Positions 32,259 to 42,793 are shown, numbered from the stretch's first letter. The stretch is 64,000 nucleotides of DNA from Cyanobacteria bacterium P01_F01_bin.150 (GCA_039189765.1 JBCCYL010000020.1:1-64000), one strand, 5' to 3'. Notes: generated by a model from the letters alone, not told the origin. Program-made: numbers and translations.

Positions 32259-33269
32259 TTAGCGATCGCGTCTATCTCCACTCCGTCTTCTACGTCTTGA
32301 GGAACGTCTATCGGTTGGATAATCGTCCCACTGCTTAGGAGATAGTTGATAGCGATCACGTTGTGGGGGTTCATCAAATCGACCCCCTAGCCGCCTCTGC
32401 TGGTAACGATTGTCTGCATATCGGTCATCCTTATAGCGATCGTCTCTACGGCGATCGCCTGCATATCGGTCGTCCTCATAGTGACTACCAGCAGGGGGAT
32501 TACTATATCGGTTCCTATCGTAATTATCTCGATAAACTTCATCACGATAGTCTTCCTCTCGATAACGATCGTCCTGGTATCGATTATCGGAACGCGATCG
32601 CCTTTGGTCGGCATCCTGCCAGCCCCGTCGCTGTAGCTGTTGACTGACCTGTTTAAAAGCATCCCGTTGGACGTAAGGATAGTCGCTGACCCACACAGTA
32701 CTGTCCGCGACATAGACATCGGAAATTTTGGCAAAGCGTCCCAAATCCGGCCGACTAGACACCACCACCATTTCCACGGCATCGCCTCGCCGAATGGATT
32801 GATGGTCGCGATTGAGGGGCACGTTCACCACAGTATTAAAACCAGTGTCATCTCCGATTTCAAGATTCAGACGTTTTTCCCGATTTTCTTTGACCACGAG
32901 TTCACCCCGCTTATTGACAGTTTCCCCCGTACTGACTAATTCATCCGTCACAAATTTATCCAGGACTTCGCCCCGCCAAAATCCACTGTACTTGTATTGA
33001 CGATATTCCCAGTTGCGTTTACTCGCCAAGAAAATAGGTCCCCACAGCCAGTAGCACCCGGCAATAATCCCCGCAATCAGCCGAAATGCTGGGCCAAAGG
33101 TTTCTCCTAAAAAATATCCCACAATCACCGCCGCAATCACCGCCGCAAAAGATACTAGCAATCGCTGGAGGCAACCGGAAAAGCTTCCCCATGTATACCG
33201 ATATTGCGCCCCTGTTGCGGCCAGGGGAACAAGCTCCTCAAATTTTTCACGACTCAAGGGAATCAACAT
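32259..33269 (-). CDS. Cyanobacterial 2-TM membrane protein with R/D/Y-rich disordered tail
   Basis: MLIPLSREKFEELVPLAATGAQY, two TM helices, YWLWGP, WVSDYPY; low-complexity C-terminus. Confidence 0.8.
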   Translation of the reverse strand: MLIPLSREKFEELVPLAATGAQYRYTWGSFSGCLQRLLVSFAAVIAAVIVGYFLGETFGPAFRLIAGIIAGCYWLWGPIFLASKRNWEYRQYKYSGFWRGEVLDKFVTDELVSTGETVNKRGELVVKENREKRLNLEIGDDTGFNTVVNVPLNRDHQSIRRGDAVEMVVVSSRPDLGRFAKISDVYVADSTVWVSDYPYVQRDAFKQVSQQLQRRGWQDADQRRSRSDNRYQDDRYREEDYRDEVYRDNYDRNRYSNPPAGSHYEDDRYAGDRRRDDRYKDDRYADNRYQQRRLGGRFDEPPQRDRYQLSPKQWDDYPTDRRSSRRRRRSGDRRDR

Positions 33270-33337
33270 GGGTTCTTAGTCCTTTCTCAATCCTTTGGAA
33301 ACTTGCTCAATACTCCAATTCACTTCTATTCTACTGT

Positions 33338-34780
33338 TTATCCTATTTGTTCAGATTGTCCAGACAACCGTTTCTGTACCGACAACAAGCCAAGAATTAA
33401 TGCAACTGAGCACGCTAGGGCAATCCAGAACTGATGGGCGATCGCCTCTCCTTGATCCAGCATCCAGCCCCCCAGCGTTGGCCCAATAAAGTAGCCGATG
33501 GCCCAACATTGGGAATTGACCGAAAAATAGATGCCCCGAAGAGATTCAGGCGCAATCTCCACGATGTAGGCAGAGGCCGCAGGTAGATAGATAACCGTAG
33601 CGATCGCCATCATCGCCAACGTTAGCCCTGCCCAGACAAATACACCAACCGTGGCGATGCCGGTGATAAATACTCCACAAAAGCTAATGCCCCAAGCAAG
33701 GGCAGAAATTCCTAACACCCATAGCCGCTTGTATCGATTCATCCAGCGGGAAACAGGAAGCTGGAGCAACGCCGTTAACACTAAATTCCAGGTAAACAAC
33801 AAGCCAATCAGGGCGGTGGATAATCCGGTTGGCTCCACCGATGTTCCCATGATTTCGACCGTTTCGAACGCATTGACGGTCGTAAGTGTTGCGATAGAGA
33901 CAGAGTCCAGTACTCCGGTTGATTGGACAAATCGACTGAAGTACAGCGGCAGGGTGGCTTGGCCCTGGGCCATATACATGGTCAAAACACTGTTGATCAC
34001 CACAAAGAGCTGGAGGCGGCGATCGCGCAACGCCATACTCCATCCTTGCCAAACTGTTGTTGCGGAATTAAATGCTTCGCTGGAATGGGTTTCGGAGATG
34101 GCCCAATAAATCAAGCCAAAGAATATTAAGTAAGTTACACCGTCAACCACAAACAGCGCTCGATACAGCCCCGTTAGCTCAATCAGCGCTCCCCCCAGCA
34201 CAATCCCGACACTTAAGCCCACATGATCAGCCCAGCGAACCAGGGCAAAGGCTTCATTCCGTTCTTGGTCAGTGGTGAGGTCCGCAACCATTGCTTCGGT
34301 GGCAGGCCAGTAGAGACCAATGCCAAAGCCCATCAGAATATTGCCGAGAATAAAGTTGGGAAAATTAAACGCAAGGGAAAGTACTAGGTCGGCGATCGCG
34401 GAAATTGCCGCCGACCAGAGTAAAATGCTGCGACGCCCCCAACGGGGAGAGTCGGCCCCAGTTCCACCCAAAAATCGACCGAGTACGCCAGCAATGGACC
34501 CACTCCCAATGCCAATTCCCACCGCAGTGGCGGATAGTCCCACTTGGTTGGCAAAGAAAATTGGCGCATAAACAAACGTAAAACCATTGCCGATTTGAGA
34601 GAGCAATCGTCCCCACGCCAAAATCCAAACTCTATGGTCCAATTTAGGAAGTCCTTTCTGAACAACGGTCCAGACCCCACGCCGAATAGTTTTGAACAAA
34701 GAAGCTCCATCCCAGAAAAAAGAGTACTGCTTTATTCTCTCTTCAATTGGTGTTCCAAGGCCGCCTACTGGGTACAACAA
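33338..34780 (-). CDS. MFS transporter
   Basis: About 12 hydrophobic segments, MFS motif A variant GGTGADSPRWGRR, APESLRGIY. Start uncertain. Confidence 0.9.
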   Translation of the reverse strand: MLYPVGGLGTPIEERIKQYSFFWDGASLFKTIRRGVWTVVQKGLPKLDHRVWILAWGRLLSQIGNGFTFVYAPIFFANQVGLSATAVGIGIGSGSIAGVLGRFLGGTGADSPRWGRRSILLWSAAISAIADLVLSLAFNFPNFILGNILMGFGIGLYWPATEAMVADLTTDQERNEAFALVRWADHVGLSVGIVLGGALIELTGLYRALFVVDGVTYLIFFGLIYWAISETHSSEAFNSATTVWQGWSMALRDRRLQLFVVINSVLTMYMAQGQATLPLYFSRFVQSTGVLDSVSIATLTTVNAFETVEIMGTSVEPTGLSTALIGLLFTWNLVLTALLQLPVSRWMNRYKRLWVLGISALAWGISFCGVFITGIATVGVFVWAGLTLAMMAIATVIYLPAASAYIVEIAPESLRGIYFSVNSQCWAIGYFIGPTLGGWMLDQGEAIAHQFWIALACSVALILGLLSVQKRLSGQSEQIG

Positions 34781-34912
34781 TCGTCACATCTCTTGCTACA
34801 AAATCAATTGATTTTTCTACAATAGCTATAGACATTCAGAAAATATTTCGTGATTGTGAGCAGTTTATCGTTCACTTCCGAAACGTTGGCCACAGCGAAG
34901 GAAACAAACTAT

Positions 34913-35410
34913 ATGAACAAAACTAATTCAGGTACGGCTTATCTGTTGTGGCTGCTCTGCATGTTTGGGATTTGTGGAGGACAACGCTTTTATACAGGAA
35001 ATATTGTCGGTGGCATTATTTATCTGTGTACCTTTGGCATCTTTGGCATTGGGCAACTCGTCGATCTCGTATTGATACCTGGCATGGTAAGCCGACGCAA
35101 TACTTATCTGCGGGGTCTAGAGTATGGGCAGCGCATTGAACAAGTGGCATTCACGGTTGAGAACCTGGGCCATGCCCCTATGAATACAAACTCTAAGGAA
35201 ACAAATGCTAAACCATTATCCCCACTGCATATTCTTCTAAAAGCGGCTCAAGATCACGACGGCGCATTATCATTTGCCCAAGCAACAATGTACACGAAGC
35301 TAGATCCCAAAGAAGTAAAGCAGCTCCTACATGAAGCAGAGAAAGATGGAATAACCGAAATTGGAAACGATCCCACCACCGGAGCTATTCGTTATTACTT
35401 TGATGTATAA
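34913..35410 (+). CDS. TM2 domain-containing protein
   Basis: AYLLWLLCMFGICGGQRFYTG...GIIYLCTFGIFGIGQLVDL is the TM2 signature. ATG 34913 preferred. Confidence 0.88.
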   Translation: MNKTNSGTAYLLWLLCMFGICGGQRFYTGNIVGGIIYLCTFGIFGIGQLVDLVLIPGMVSRRNTYLRGLEYGQRIEQVAFTVENLGHAPMNTNSKETNAKPLSPLHILLKAAQDHDGALSFAQATMYTKLDPKEVKQLLHEAEKDGITEIGNDPTTGAIRYYFDV

Positions 35411-35586
35411 GTCGCAGTGCCCACCACATACACACACGCATATGGCATTCGCTTGAAAGTATTCACAAAAAAAAGGACATACTGGAGCATGCCCTCTTCC
35501 GAACCAAACTTAAGCGGTAAGAGACAAGCAATAGACCAAGCTAGCCAAAGAGCTTGAACCCAGCTTAACCGAACCAACTTTCAGGA

Positions 35587-35862
35587 TTAGCCCCCTGCAA
35601 CGGCGGGGACGATACTGACCTCATCACCATCATTGAGTTCAGTTTCCGCATTCTGCAAAAAGCGAATATCTTCCTCATTCACATAGAAATTGATAAAGCG
35701 ACGCAAAGTGCCGGATTCATCGCAAAGACGTGCTTTGATACCGGGGCATTTAGTGTCCAATGAATCCATAAGCTCATTGATATTGGCACCATCACACTCA
35801 ACGGTCGCCTGATTTTGGGTGAACTTTTGTAGGGGAGTTGGAATTAAAACTTTAACGGTCAT
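35587..35862 (-). CDS. MoaD/ThiS (CysO-like) sulfur carrier protein
   Basis: [12 protein letters not shown]...[15 protein letters not shown]...IVPAVAGG with C-terminal GG. Confidence 0.93.
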   Translation of the reverse strand: MTVKVLIPTPLQKFTQNQATVECDGANINELMDSLDTKCPGIKARLCDESGTLRRFINFYVNEEDIRFLQNAETELNDGDEVSIVPAVAGG

Positions 35863-35899
35863 GGTGAGATACTTAACAGTATAGATGTACAAAAATTGA

Positions 35900-37222
35900 T
35901 TAAACGCCAGTTTGCTGCCACTCCAGGCTGTCAAGCGTTTGAGCACGCTCCCATGCTGCTTCAAACGCGGCCAATTTTGGATCAATGGTCAATGGCTCAC
36001 CAATATAGCCCTGTACAGCTTCCTGAGTCTTTAACCCATTTCCAGTAATGTAAGCGACGGTCGTCTCATCTGGATCGATTTTGCCTGCCTCCACTAGCTT
36101 CTTCAACACGGCGATAGTGGTACCTCCAGCAGTCTCAGTGAAGATTCCTTCGGTCTCGGCTAGAAGCTTCATCCCGTCCACAATCTCAGGGTCAGTCACA
36201 TCTTCAATATTGCCGTTGGTCTTGCGAGCAATATCAAGAGCATAGATACCGTCAGCAGGATTACCAATCGCGATGGACTTTGCAATGGTGTTGGGCTTCA
36301 CAGGCGCAACAAAATCGAGACCTTCTTTAAATGCCTTAGAAATGGGAGAACAGCCTTCCGCCTGAGCACCGCTAAAGCGAACCGCTTTGTCCTCAATTAA
36401 ACCCACTTTAACAAACTCCTTAAAGCCCTTATAAATCTTAGTAAACAAGGAGCCAGAAGCCAATGGAGCCACAATATGATCCGGCAACTGCCAACCTAAC
36501 TGTTCAACGACCTCATAGCCTAGGGTCTTAGATCCTTCAGAGTAGTAAGGGCGTAGGTTAATGTTGACAAATCCCCAACCGTGTGAGTTGGCAACCTCGG
36601 AACAAAGACGATTGACCTGATCATAGTTGCCGCGCACTGCCATCAGCGTGGGATTGTAAATCAGGGTTCCCAGGATTTTGCCAGCTTCTAAATCAGACGG
36701 AATAAACACACAGCACTCTAACCCTGCATGGGCAGCGATCGCAGCTGTTGAGTTCGCCAAGTTTCCAGTACTGGCACAGGAAACAGTCGTAAACCCTAAC
36801 TCTTTTGCGCGGGTTAATGCAATAGATACGACCCGATCCTTAAAGCTCAAGGTGGGCATATTGACCGCATCATTTTTAATGTACAGATTTTTCAATCCCA
36901 AACGGCGTGCCAGACGGTCAGCCTTCAATAGCGGTGTCATGCCCGTACCAACATCAATGGGAGTGCTAGTGTTCACCGGTAAAAATGGTCGGTAGCGCCA
37001 TATAGAGTTTGGGCCTGCTTCAATCGTTTCGCGAGACACTAGATTGCGAATAACATCATAGTCATAGGTAACCTCTAGAGGACCAAAGCACTCTTCGCAG
37101 ACGTGCAGTGCTTTTGCTTCATATGTCTGGCCACATTCACGACAACAAAGCTTAGAGAAAGTAATCTGTTCAGAGAACTGGGCCGAGAATGGATTTTGGG
37201 GACGGTCAATGGCTTGAGTCAT
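35900..37222 (-). CDS. thrC: Threonine synthase family PLP enzyme
   Basis: N-terminal Zn-ribbon CRECG...CEECFGP, PLP lysine motif [25 protein letters not shown]. Confidence 0.92.
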   Translation of the reverse strand: MTQAIDRPQNPFSAQFSEQITFSKLCCRECGQTYEAKALHVCEECFGPLEVTYDYDVIRNLVSRETIEAGPNSIWRYRPFLPVNTSTPIDVGTGMTPLLKADRLARRLGLKNLYIKNDAVNMPTLSFKDRVVSIALTRAKELGFTTVSCASTGNLANSTAAIAAHAGLECCVFIPSDLEAGKILGTLIYNPTLMAVRGNYDQVNRLCSEVANSHGWGFVNINLRPYYSEGSKTLGYEVVEQLGWQLPDHIVAPLASGSLFTKIYKGFKEFVKVGLIEDKAVRFSGAQAEGCSPISKAFKEGLDFVAPVKPNTIAKSIAIGNPADGIYALDIARKTNGNIEDVTDPEIVDGMKLLAETEGIFTETAGGTTIAVLKKLVEAGKIDPDETTVAYITGNGLKTQEAVQGYIGEPLTIDPKLAAFEAAWERAQTLDSLEWQQTGV

Positions 37223-37376
37223 GGTTCGGATATATGGATAGAAAACGCAAATCTTTTTTGATGTGATAACGGCTTAGACAAAACCCTCAAGTATAACGAT
37301 TAGGGATTCTAATTCTGCCACCGTGAAATATCGACGATAGCAACGCTATTCGCATTTCAATTCACAAGCTGCATGG

Positions 37377-37406
37377 ATAGTAACACGGTGAAAAAAATCT
37401 CGTCAA
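37377..37406 (-). promoter_or_regulatory. Putative sigma70 promoter of thrC operon
   Basis: Minus strand TTGACG-N18-TACTAT with an extended TG motif. Confidence 0.55.
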
Positions 37407-37408
37407 AC

Positions 37409-37433
37409 ATACCCGACCAAAAAGGTCGGGATT
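37409..37433. promoter_or_regulatory. Palindromic operator, Rrf2/IscR-like
   Basis: ATACCCGACCAAAAAGGTCGGGATT, directly upstream of the -35 box. Confidence 0.55.
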
Positions 37434-37593
37434 AAAATTTAGGTTGGTTTTAACTTGACAAACGGCAAGATGGGCGATCGCATCCTTTATGATGTTGTCT
37501 TGATACACTGCATCTGAATGTCTAGCCATCGCGCTTAATGCAGATGTATTGCTATCGGACACATTCCATTCTAGGTTCAGGTAAATTGACAAT

Positions 37594-39501
37594 ATGAACG
37601 GTCTGACTCAACGTTTTTTGGGAAAATGTTTGTGGCAATGGACATTGAGACAAGATAAGTGGCTACGAAATAGGCTGCGAGACCTGCAATCTTGTTGGAT
37701 AAATTGTGACTGGAGCGATTGCCGCTTAGCGTCACGGGGGCTTGCAATGGCGATAGTGGTAGTGATGGCGATCGCCACAACAGGGTGTAGCCTGGACAAC
37801 TTTAAAAAAGAGTCCAGCCAAACGCCCCGGATTGTCACCAGCACCATCAGCGATCCCAAGACGTTTAATCCCATAACTAACGATGTGTCTACAATTATCT
37901 TTGGACTCATGTATTCCAGCTTAATTGTGGAAAATGGAGAGACAGGAGAGCTGGAACCAACCTTGGCAGAAAATTGGGTTGTATCCGAAAACCAAAAAGA
38001 AATTATTTTTACCCTGCGAGAAGGGCTAAAGTGGTCCGATGGGGAACCGTTTACAGTAGACGATATTCTATTTACCTACAACGACATTCTGTTTAATCCC
38101 AAGATCCCCAGTAGTATTCGAGATATTTTGCGGATTGGGGAACAGGGTCTTTTCCCTAGCGTTACTAAGGTGGGCGATCGCCAAGTTAAGTTCACCGTGC
38201 CTGAACCCTTTGCACCATTTCTTCGCTATGCTGGCGGTATATCCATCATGCCCAAACATGCATTGCAAGCATCCATTGAAACAACCGATGTGGAAGGCCA
38301 GCCCGAATTTCTTTCCACATGGGGAACTGATACGGATCCATCTCAAATTATTGGCAATGGTCCCTATCGTTTGGTGAACTACTCCCCTGGCCAACGGATG
38401 ATTTTTGAACGCAACCCTTATTATTGGAAAAATGCTCTCAATCCTGGCGGTGAACCCCAACCCCATGTTGAGAAGCTAATCCAGCAAATTGTTGAATCCC
38501 TTGATTCGGCCCTACTCCAATTTCGCTCCGGCGGGATCGACGTCATGGGGTTGACGGCTGAGCAATTTTCTCTTCTCAAGCGAGAAACGAAAAAAGGCAA
38601 ATTCACTATCTATAATGATGCCCCTCGTCCCGGCAGCAACTTTATTACATTTAATCTCAACACTGGCAAACGGGATGGAGTGCCACTGGTCGATCCGGCT
38701 AAATCACGCTGGTTTAATTCCCTTGAGTTCCGTCAGGCAGTGGCTTACAGTTTGGATCGGCAAACCATGATTAATAATCTATATCAAGGATTAGGTGAAC
38801 CTCAGAATTCTCCCATTGCCGTTCAAAGTCCCTACTATTTAGAAGACGGTGAGCAGTACAATTACAACCTAGATAAAGCAAAGGAACTGCTGCTAAGTGC
38901 GGGCTTTACCTACGATGCCGACAACCAGCTTTTGGATTCTGACGGTAATCTAGTCCGATTTACCCTCAATACCAATTCTGGCAATACCCTCCGCGAAAAG
39001 ATGGGGGCACAAATTAAGCAGGACCTGGCTCAAGTCGGCATTGAGGTGAATTTCAAGCCCATTACATTTAATACATTGGTGGATCGCGCTGCTAATACGT
39101 TGGATTGGGACTGTATTTTACTGGGATTTGGCGGAGGAACCGAGCCGAATGGAGGGGCTAACGTTTGGAAAACTCAAGGTTCTCTCCACATGTTTAATCA
39201 GGATGTCTTGGCCGAAGGTGAGACCCCTCTAACCGATCGCCAGGTGTCCAATTGGGAACTAGCCATTGAGAGACTCTATATTCAAGGAGCACAGGAGCTG
39301 GACGAGGAGAAGCGTAAGGCCATTTATCAGGAAGCCCAAAGATTAATTCAAGAAAACGTTCCGTTTATTTATTTGGTGAACCCCCTATCGTTAATTGCGA
39401 TTCGCGATCGCATCCAAGGGGTGAAATATACGGCCCGTTATTCGAGTCCTTTGTCTGGGGCCTTGTGGAATATTGACGATCTGACATTACTCGAAGAATA
39501 A
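37594..39501 (+). CDS. ABC transporter substrate-binding lipoprotein (peptide/nickel family 5)
   Basis: Lipobox-like ATTGC, SDPKTFNP, LREGLKWSDGEPFT, GNGPY, ERNPYYW. True start may be downstream. Confidence 0.92.
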   Translation: MNGLTQRFLGKCLWQWTLRQDKWLRNRLRDLQSCWINCDWSDCRLASRGLAMAIVVVMAIATTGCSLDNFKKESSQTPRIVTSTISDPKTFNPITNDVSTIIFGLMYSSLIVENGETGELEPTLAENWVVSENQKEIIFTLREGLKWSDGEPFTVDDILFTYNDILFNPKIPSSIRDILRIGEQGLFPSVTKVGDRQVKFTVPEPFAPFLRYAGGISIMPKHALQASIETTDVEGQPEFLSTWGTDTDPSQIIGNGPYRLVNYSPGQRMIFERNPYYWKNALNPGGEPQPHVEKLIQQIVESLDSALLQFRSGGIDVMGLTAEQFSLLKRETKKGKFTIYNDAPRPGSNFITFNLNTGKRDGVPLVDPAKSRWFNSLEFRQAVAYSLDRQTMINNLYQGLGEPQNSPIAVQSPYYLEDGEQYNYNLDKAKELLLSAGFTYDADNQLLDSDGNLVRFTLNTNSGNTLREKMGAQIKQDLAQVGIEVNFKPITFNTLVDRAANTLDWDCILLGFGGGTEPNGGANVWKTQGSLHMFNQDVLAEGETPLTDRQVSNWELAIERLYIQGAQELDEEKRKAIYQEAQRLIQENVPFIYLVNPLSLIAIRDRIQGVKYTARYSSPLSGALWNIDDLTLLEE

Positions 39502-39521
39502 GCCACCCATGATTAGCTTTG

Positions 39522-39600
39522 GGGTATCAATTTTAGGTGGATGGTGTGGGAGCAAAGCGCCCACACCACTATTTAATCAGTCCGCTTTAGATCGAAACCC
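39522..39600 (+). mobile_element. 79-bp MITE-like element (copy C)
   Basis: gggtatcaattttaggtgg...ccgctttagatcgaaaccc; hairpin tggtgtggg/cccacacca; 10-bp direct repeat attagctttg at 39512-39521 and 39601-39610. Confidence 0.85.
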
Positions 39601-40008
39601 ATTAGCTTTGCCCATGGGGAAACTCAGATAGGCTTCATGGAACTTAATTGATAATAAAAATTGCTTGATCAATGGTTAGGGGCAGTTTACGGTAAAACTA
39701 TCTAATTATTGGCACGATGGTAGAAAAAGATAAACCAGGGGCCTAGGTCAACGTTTCCTAAGCTCTTATATCTTACTGAAATTCTCTAATTGATTTGCCC
39801 AAACGCGCTTTGAAAGATTGCCCAGAGCGTCAATACAGCGAAATGTTGCATAATCGCAACATTTCTAGAAAAAAGACTCAATTTTTCCCTAATAACGAGG
39901 GAATCTGTAGGACAATGCATCTGTCTAGGCATAAATCGCCTATGTAGGGTTCTCCCGCGCATGTAACACCGTTGCATTGTTAGTTAATACATCAACACGA
40001 TATAAACC

Positions 40009-41640
40009 ATGAATGACCTATGGCTAAGCACACTTCCCGTGTGTTTTAGTTCCTCATCTGGAGGAGCTCTACTAGCCCAGTCTAATCCAGTGGGCAGCAC
40101 TGTAGACTGGCTTAATCAACTACTTTCCCCTTTTATTGCTGCCATTCCAAATTTGGTGGGAGCATTCCTCATCCTCGTTGCTGGGTGGATTATTGCCACT
40201 GTTGTAGCGTCTATTGCCAAGGGAATCCTAGACCGTACTGATCTTGACAATAAGATTGCCGCTTGGGTCACCGGTCAAGCAACATCGGAGTTTCAAGTTG
40301 AAAAATGGGTATCAGCTATTGTCTACTGGCTGATTCTACTCTCAGCGATCACGCTGGCTGCGAATAATTTGGGTGTAAGTGGCTTTGGTGGGCCTCTGGG
40401 TGATATCTTCGGGGCGATCCCTCAAGTCATTGGTGCGGCGATCTTAGCTGGCTTAGCATGGCTTATTGCTTGCATTGCTAGAACATTGTTGATTAAAGCA
40501 TTGGGCGGATTTAAGCTAGATGATAAGCTGTCTGCGGCAGGTGGCGCTGATGATGAAACGCCTTTCTTGGTAAACGAGACTCTTGGAGATATCGTTTACT
40601 GGCTAATATTGCTCTTCTTCCTGCCCCTCATCCTTGGTGCGTCCCCAATACCTGCCTCCGTCCTATCTCCAGTGACGGATATGGTCGGTGATGTTGTAGG
40701 CGCTCTTCCCAATATTCTCCATGCTGGAGCGATTGGTTTGGTGGGTTGGTTAATTGCCAAGGTCGTCAAGAACATTATTACCAATGTATTGCGTTCCATC
40801 GGTGCAGATACATTGGACGATCGATTAGGCATTCCTGATAGTTTTGAGTTATCTACACTTGGTGGAACTCTTGCCTATATTGCGGTATTGGTTCCAGCTA
40901 TTGTCTCTGCCCTTGGGGCACTGCAAATCAAAGAGATTTCCGAACCCGCTACAGCAATGCTGAATGAAGTCACCACCTTCCTTCCTTTGATGATTTCTGC
41001 CGCGTTCATCATCGGTGTCTTCTATTTTATTGGTCGTTTGATCTCCGAGATTGTTGCGACATTCCTAGCGGGGCTTGGGTTTGACAACTTGTTTGAATGG
41101 TTGGGAGTATCTGGTCTCCAGTCCATGCTGCCTGAACCCACTACAGATGGAACACCTGAGCCTTACGTTCGTGAGTCCGAAGACCAAGGTTTGCAGGGAC
41201 AAACACCTTCTAAGCTAGCAGGAACTTTAGTTCTGATTGGGTTCGTCTTAGTTGGTTTAAATACAGCAACTGATGTTCTTCAGCTTGAGCAGCTTACTGC
41301 GATTGTTGACAGCATTTTGGCCGTTGCCGTTCGTGTTTTGGGTGGTGTTGTCGTGTTTGCAATTGGTTTGTTCTTTGCAAATTTTGCATACCGCCTGGTC
41401 GCCAGCGCTGGTACGTCCCAGTCTAATATGCTGGCCCAAGCAGCTCGCATCTCCATTATTGTGTTTGTAGGTGCAATGGCGCTAGAGCGTATGGGCGTTG
41501 CTACTAGCATCGTCAACTTAGCATTCGGTTTACTATTGGGCGCTATTGCCGTAGCGATCGCAATTGCATTTGGTCTAGGTGGCCGGGATATAGCCAACGA
41601 AGAAATTCGTGGTTTCTTGAATAGCTTTAGAAGCCGTTAA
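40009..41640 (+). CDS. TM-helix-repeat / mechanosensitive channel-like (CmpX-type) membrane protein
   Basis: Repeated IPNLVGA-type TM units; C-terminal IVNLAFGLLLGAIAVAIAIAFGLGGRD. Confidence 0.82.
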   Translation: MNDLWLSTLPVCFSSSSGGALLAQSNPVGSTVDWLNQLLSPFIAAIPNLVGAFLILVAGWIIATVVASIAKGILDRTDLDNKIAAWVTGQATSEFQVEKWVSAIVYWLILLSAITLAANNLGVSGFGGPLGDIFGAIPQVIGAAILAGLAWLIACIARTLLIKALGGFKLDDKLSAAGGADDETPFLVNETLGDIVYWLILLFFLPLILGASPIPASVLSPVTDMVGDVVGALPNILHAGAIGLVGWLIAKVVKNIITNVLRSIGADTLDDRLGIPDSFELSTLGGTLAYIAVLVPAIVSALGALQIKEISEPATAMLNEVTTFLPLMISAAFIIGVFYFIGRLISEIVATFLAGLGFDNLFEWLGVSGLQSMLPEPTTDGTPEPYVRESEDQGLQGQTPSKLAGTLVLIGFVLVGLNTATDVLQLEQLTAIVDSILAVAVRVLGGVVVFAIGLFFANFAYRLVASAGTSQSNMLAQAARISIIVFVGAMALERMGVATSIVNLAFGLLLGAIAVAIAIAFGLGGRDIANEEIRGFLNSFRSR

Positions 41641-41674
41641 GACCTTTTAAAGCTATTCAAGATAATTTTGCTTG

Positions 41675-41706
41675 AGGGCAGATACGTTAGTATATCTGCC
41701 CTTTTT
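41675..41706 (+). terminator. Rho-independent terminator
   Basis: agggcagata-N8-tatctgccct followed by a T-run. Confidence 0.75.
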
Positions 41707-41716
41707 AGATATCTGC

Positions 41717-41751
41717 GTAGGGTGCCGTGTAGGCGATAGCCGTAACGCACC
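41717..41751 (+). repeat. GTAG-type REP-like palindrome
   Basis: gtagggtgc...ggcgatagcc...gcacc. Confidence 0.55.
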
Positions 41752-41777
41752 AAGGAGGGGATCTGCTAGAAAATAAA

Positions 41778-42566
41778 TTACCCTGCCCTGTCCATTGCGT
41801 CTAAATAATCTAAGGCAGCGTCTAGTTTGGATGGATAGTTGACCGCAAAGGATTCAAACCAAAAGCCTTCGTCAGAATTGGGGTCAAGCCCCTTTAGCCA
41901 GATTTCTGCTTTTTTGAGCAGCTCAGCTTTTCGCTGTTCTTCAAGTTGACGCTGGCGGCGTTCTGCGGCAAGCTGCTGTTGACGAGCCTGCTCTTCGAGT
42001 TGACGCTGGAGGCGGCGATCTGCTTCCAGAGCTTCCTGACGCTGGCGTTCCCGCTCTGCCTCTTCTGCCGCATATTGCTGCTTCACCTGATTGAGAACGC
42101 TATCAGTTGCCCCTGTCTTATTTATTGGCCGTGAGCTAGCTGAAGTAAAACTAACTGGGAGTGTACTGGAAGGAATTGAAGCCGAAGACGATGGCTCTGT
42201 TACTGAAGAATAATCACTAGATTCACGCACCGTTGAAAAGGGAGTAGGTGGTGGCGTTTTTTCTTTGGGCGTAACGCCTAAATCTGCTAACAAATCATCA
42301 ATCGAGTCTGCTTTGTTAAGGAGGGGACTTGTCGAATTTGCAGCGTCTTCCCCCTGATTAGATAGCTTATGGTTAGGGCGTTGTGAAGATTGGGTAGGCG
42401 ATCGCCCTGGGGAAGAAGAACTGTTGGACGATGCCTTTTGGGCAGATGGTGAACTCGTTGATGATGCGTTTGCCGATGATGGATTTGCCGATGATGAGGG
42501 CACATTTGTTTTCTCATACTCTTGCTTAATGGCATTGAGTAAATCGTCTACAGATTGCCCCATCAC
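41778..42566 (-). CDS. Slr1339-family (salt stress) protein
   Basis: VDDLLNAIKQEY N-terminus, coiled coil, C-terminal AEIWLKGLDPNSDEGFWFESFA..YPSKLDAALDYL. Family name recalled, not searched. Confidence 0.7.
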   Translation of the reverse strand: MMGQSVDDLLNAIKQEYEKTNVPSSSANPSSANASSTSSPSAQKASSNSSSSPGRSPTQSSQRPNHKLSNQGEDAANSTSPLLNKADSIDDLLADLGVTPKEKTPPPTPFSTVRESSDYSSVTEPSSSASIPSSTLPVSFTSASSRPINKTGATDSVLNQVKQQYAAEEAERERQRQEALEADRRLQRQLEEQARQQQLAAERRQRQLEEQRKAELLKKAEIWLKGLDPNSDEGFWFESFAVNYPSKLDAALDYLDAMDRAG

Positions 42567-42698
42567 ACTATAACTCCTTGTTCCTGTCCTTTTTCTTGGA
42601 TCGATGCGCGACTCGGTGAAACAAAGTTAGCAATAGTGGGGTCGCTTTGCAACCCCACTACTCCTCTAAGGCTATTTCTGAAAAAGAATGTACCGCTT

Positions 42699-42728
42699 GT
42701 AGGATGGGTTAGCAACGGCGTAATCCAT
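42699..42728 (+). repeat. GTAG-type REP-like palindrome
   Basis: gtaggatgggttagcaacggcgtaatccat. Confidence 0.55.
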
Positions 42729-42793
42729 TATCGTTGGTATATTTATTTCGCGAAATCGCCTAAAGTTGATACCTCTTTAACGCGGACACAGAC

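Noticed and set aside
42608..42696. Hairpin at 42634-42660 as another 80-bp element
   Set aside because: No matching TIRs or target-site duplication.
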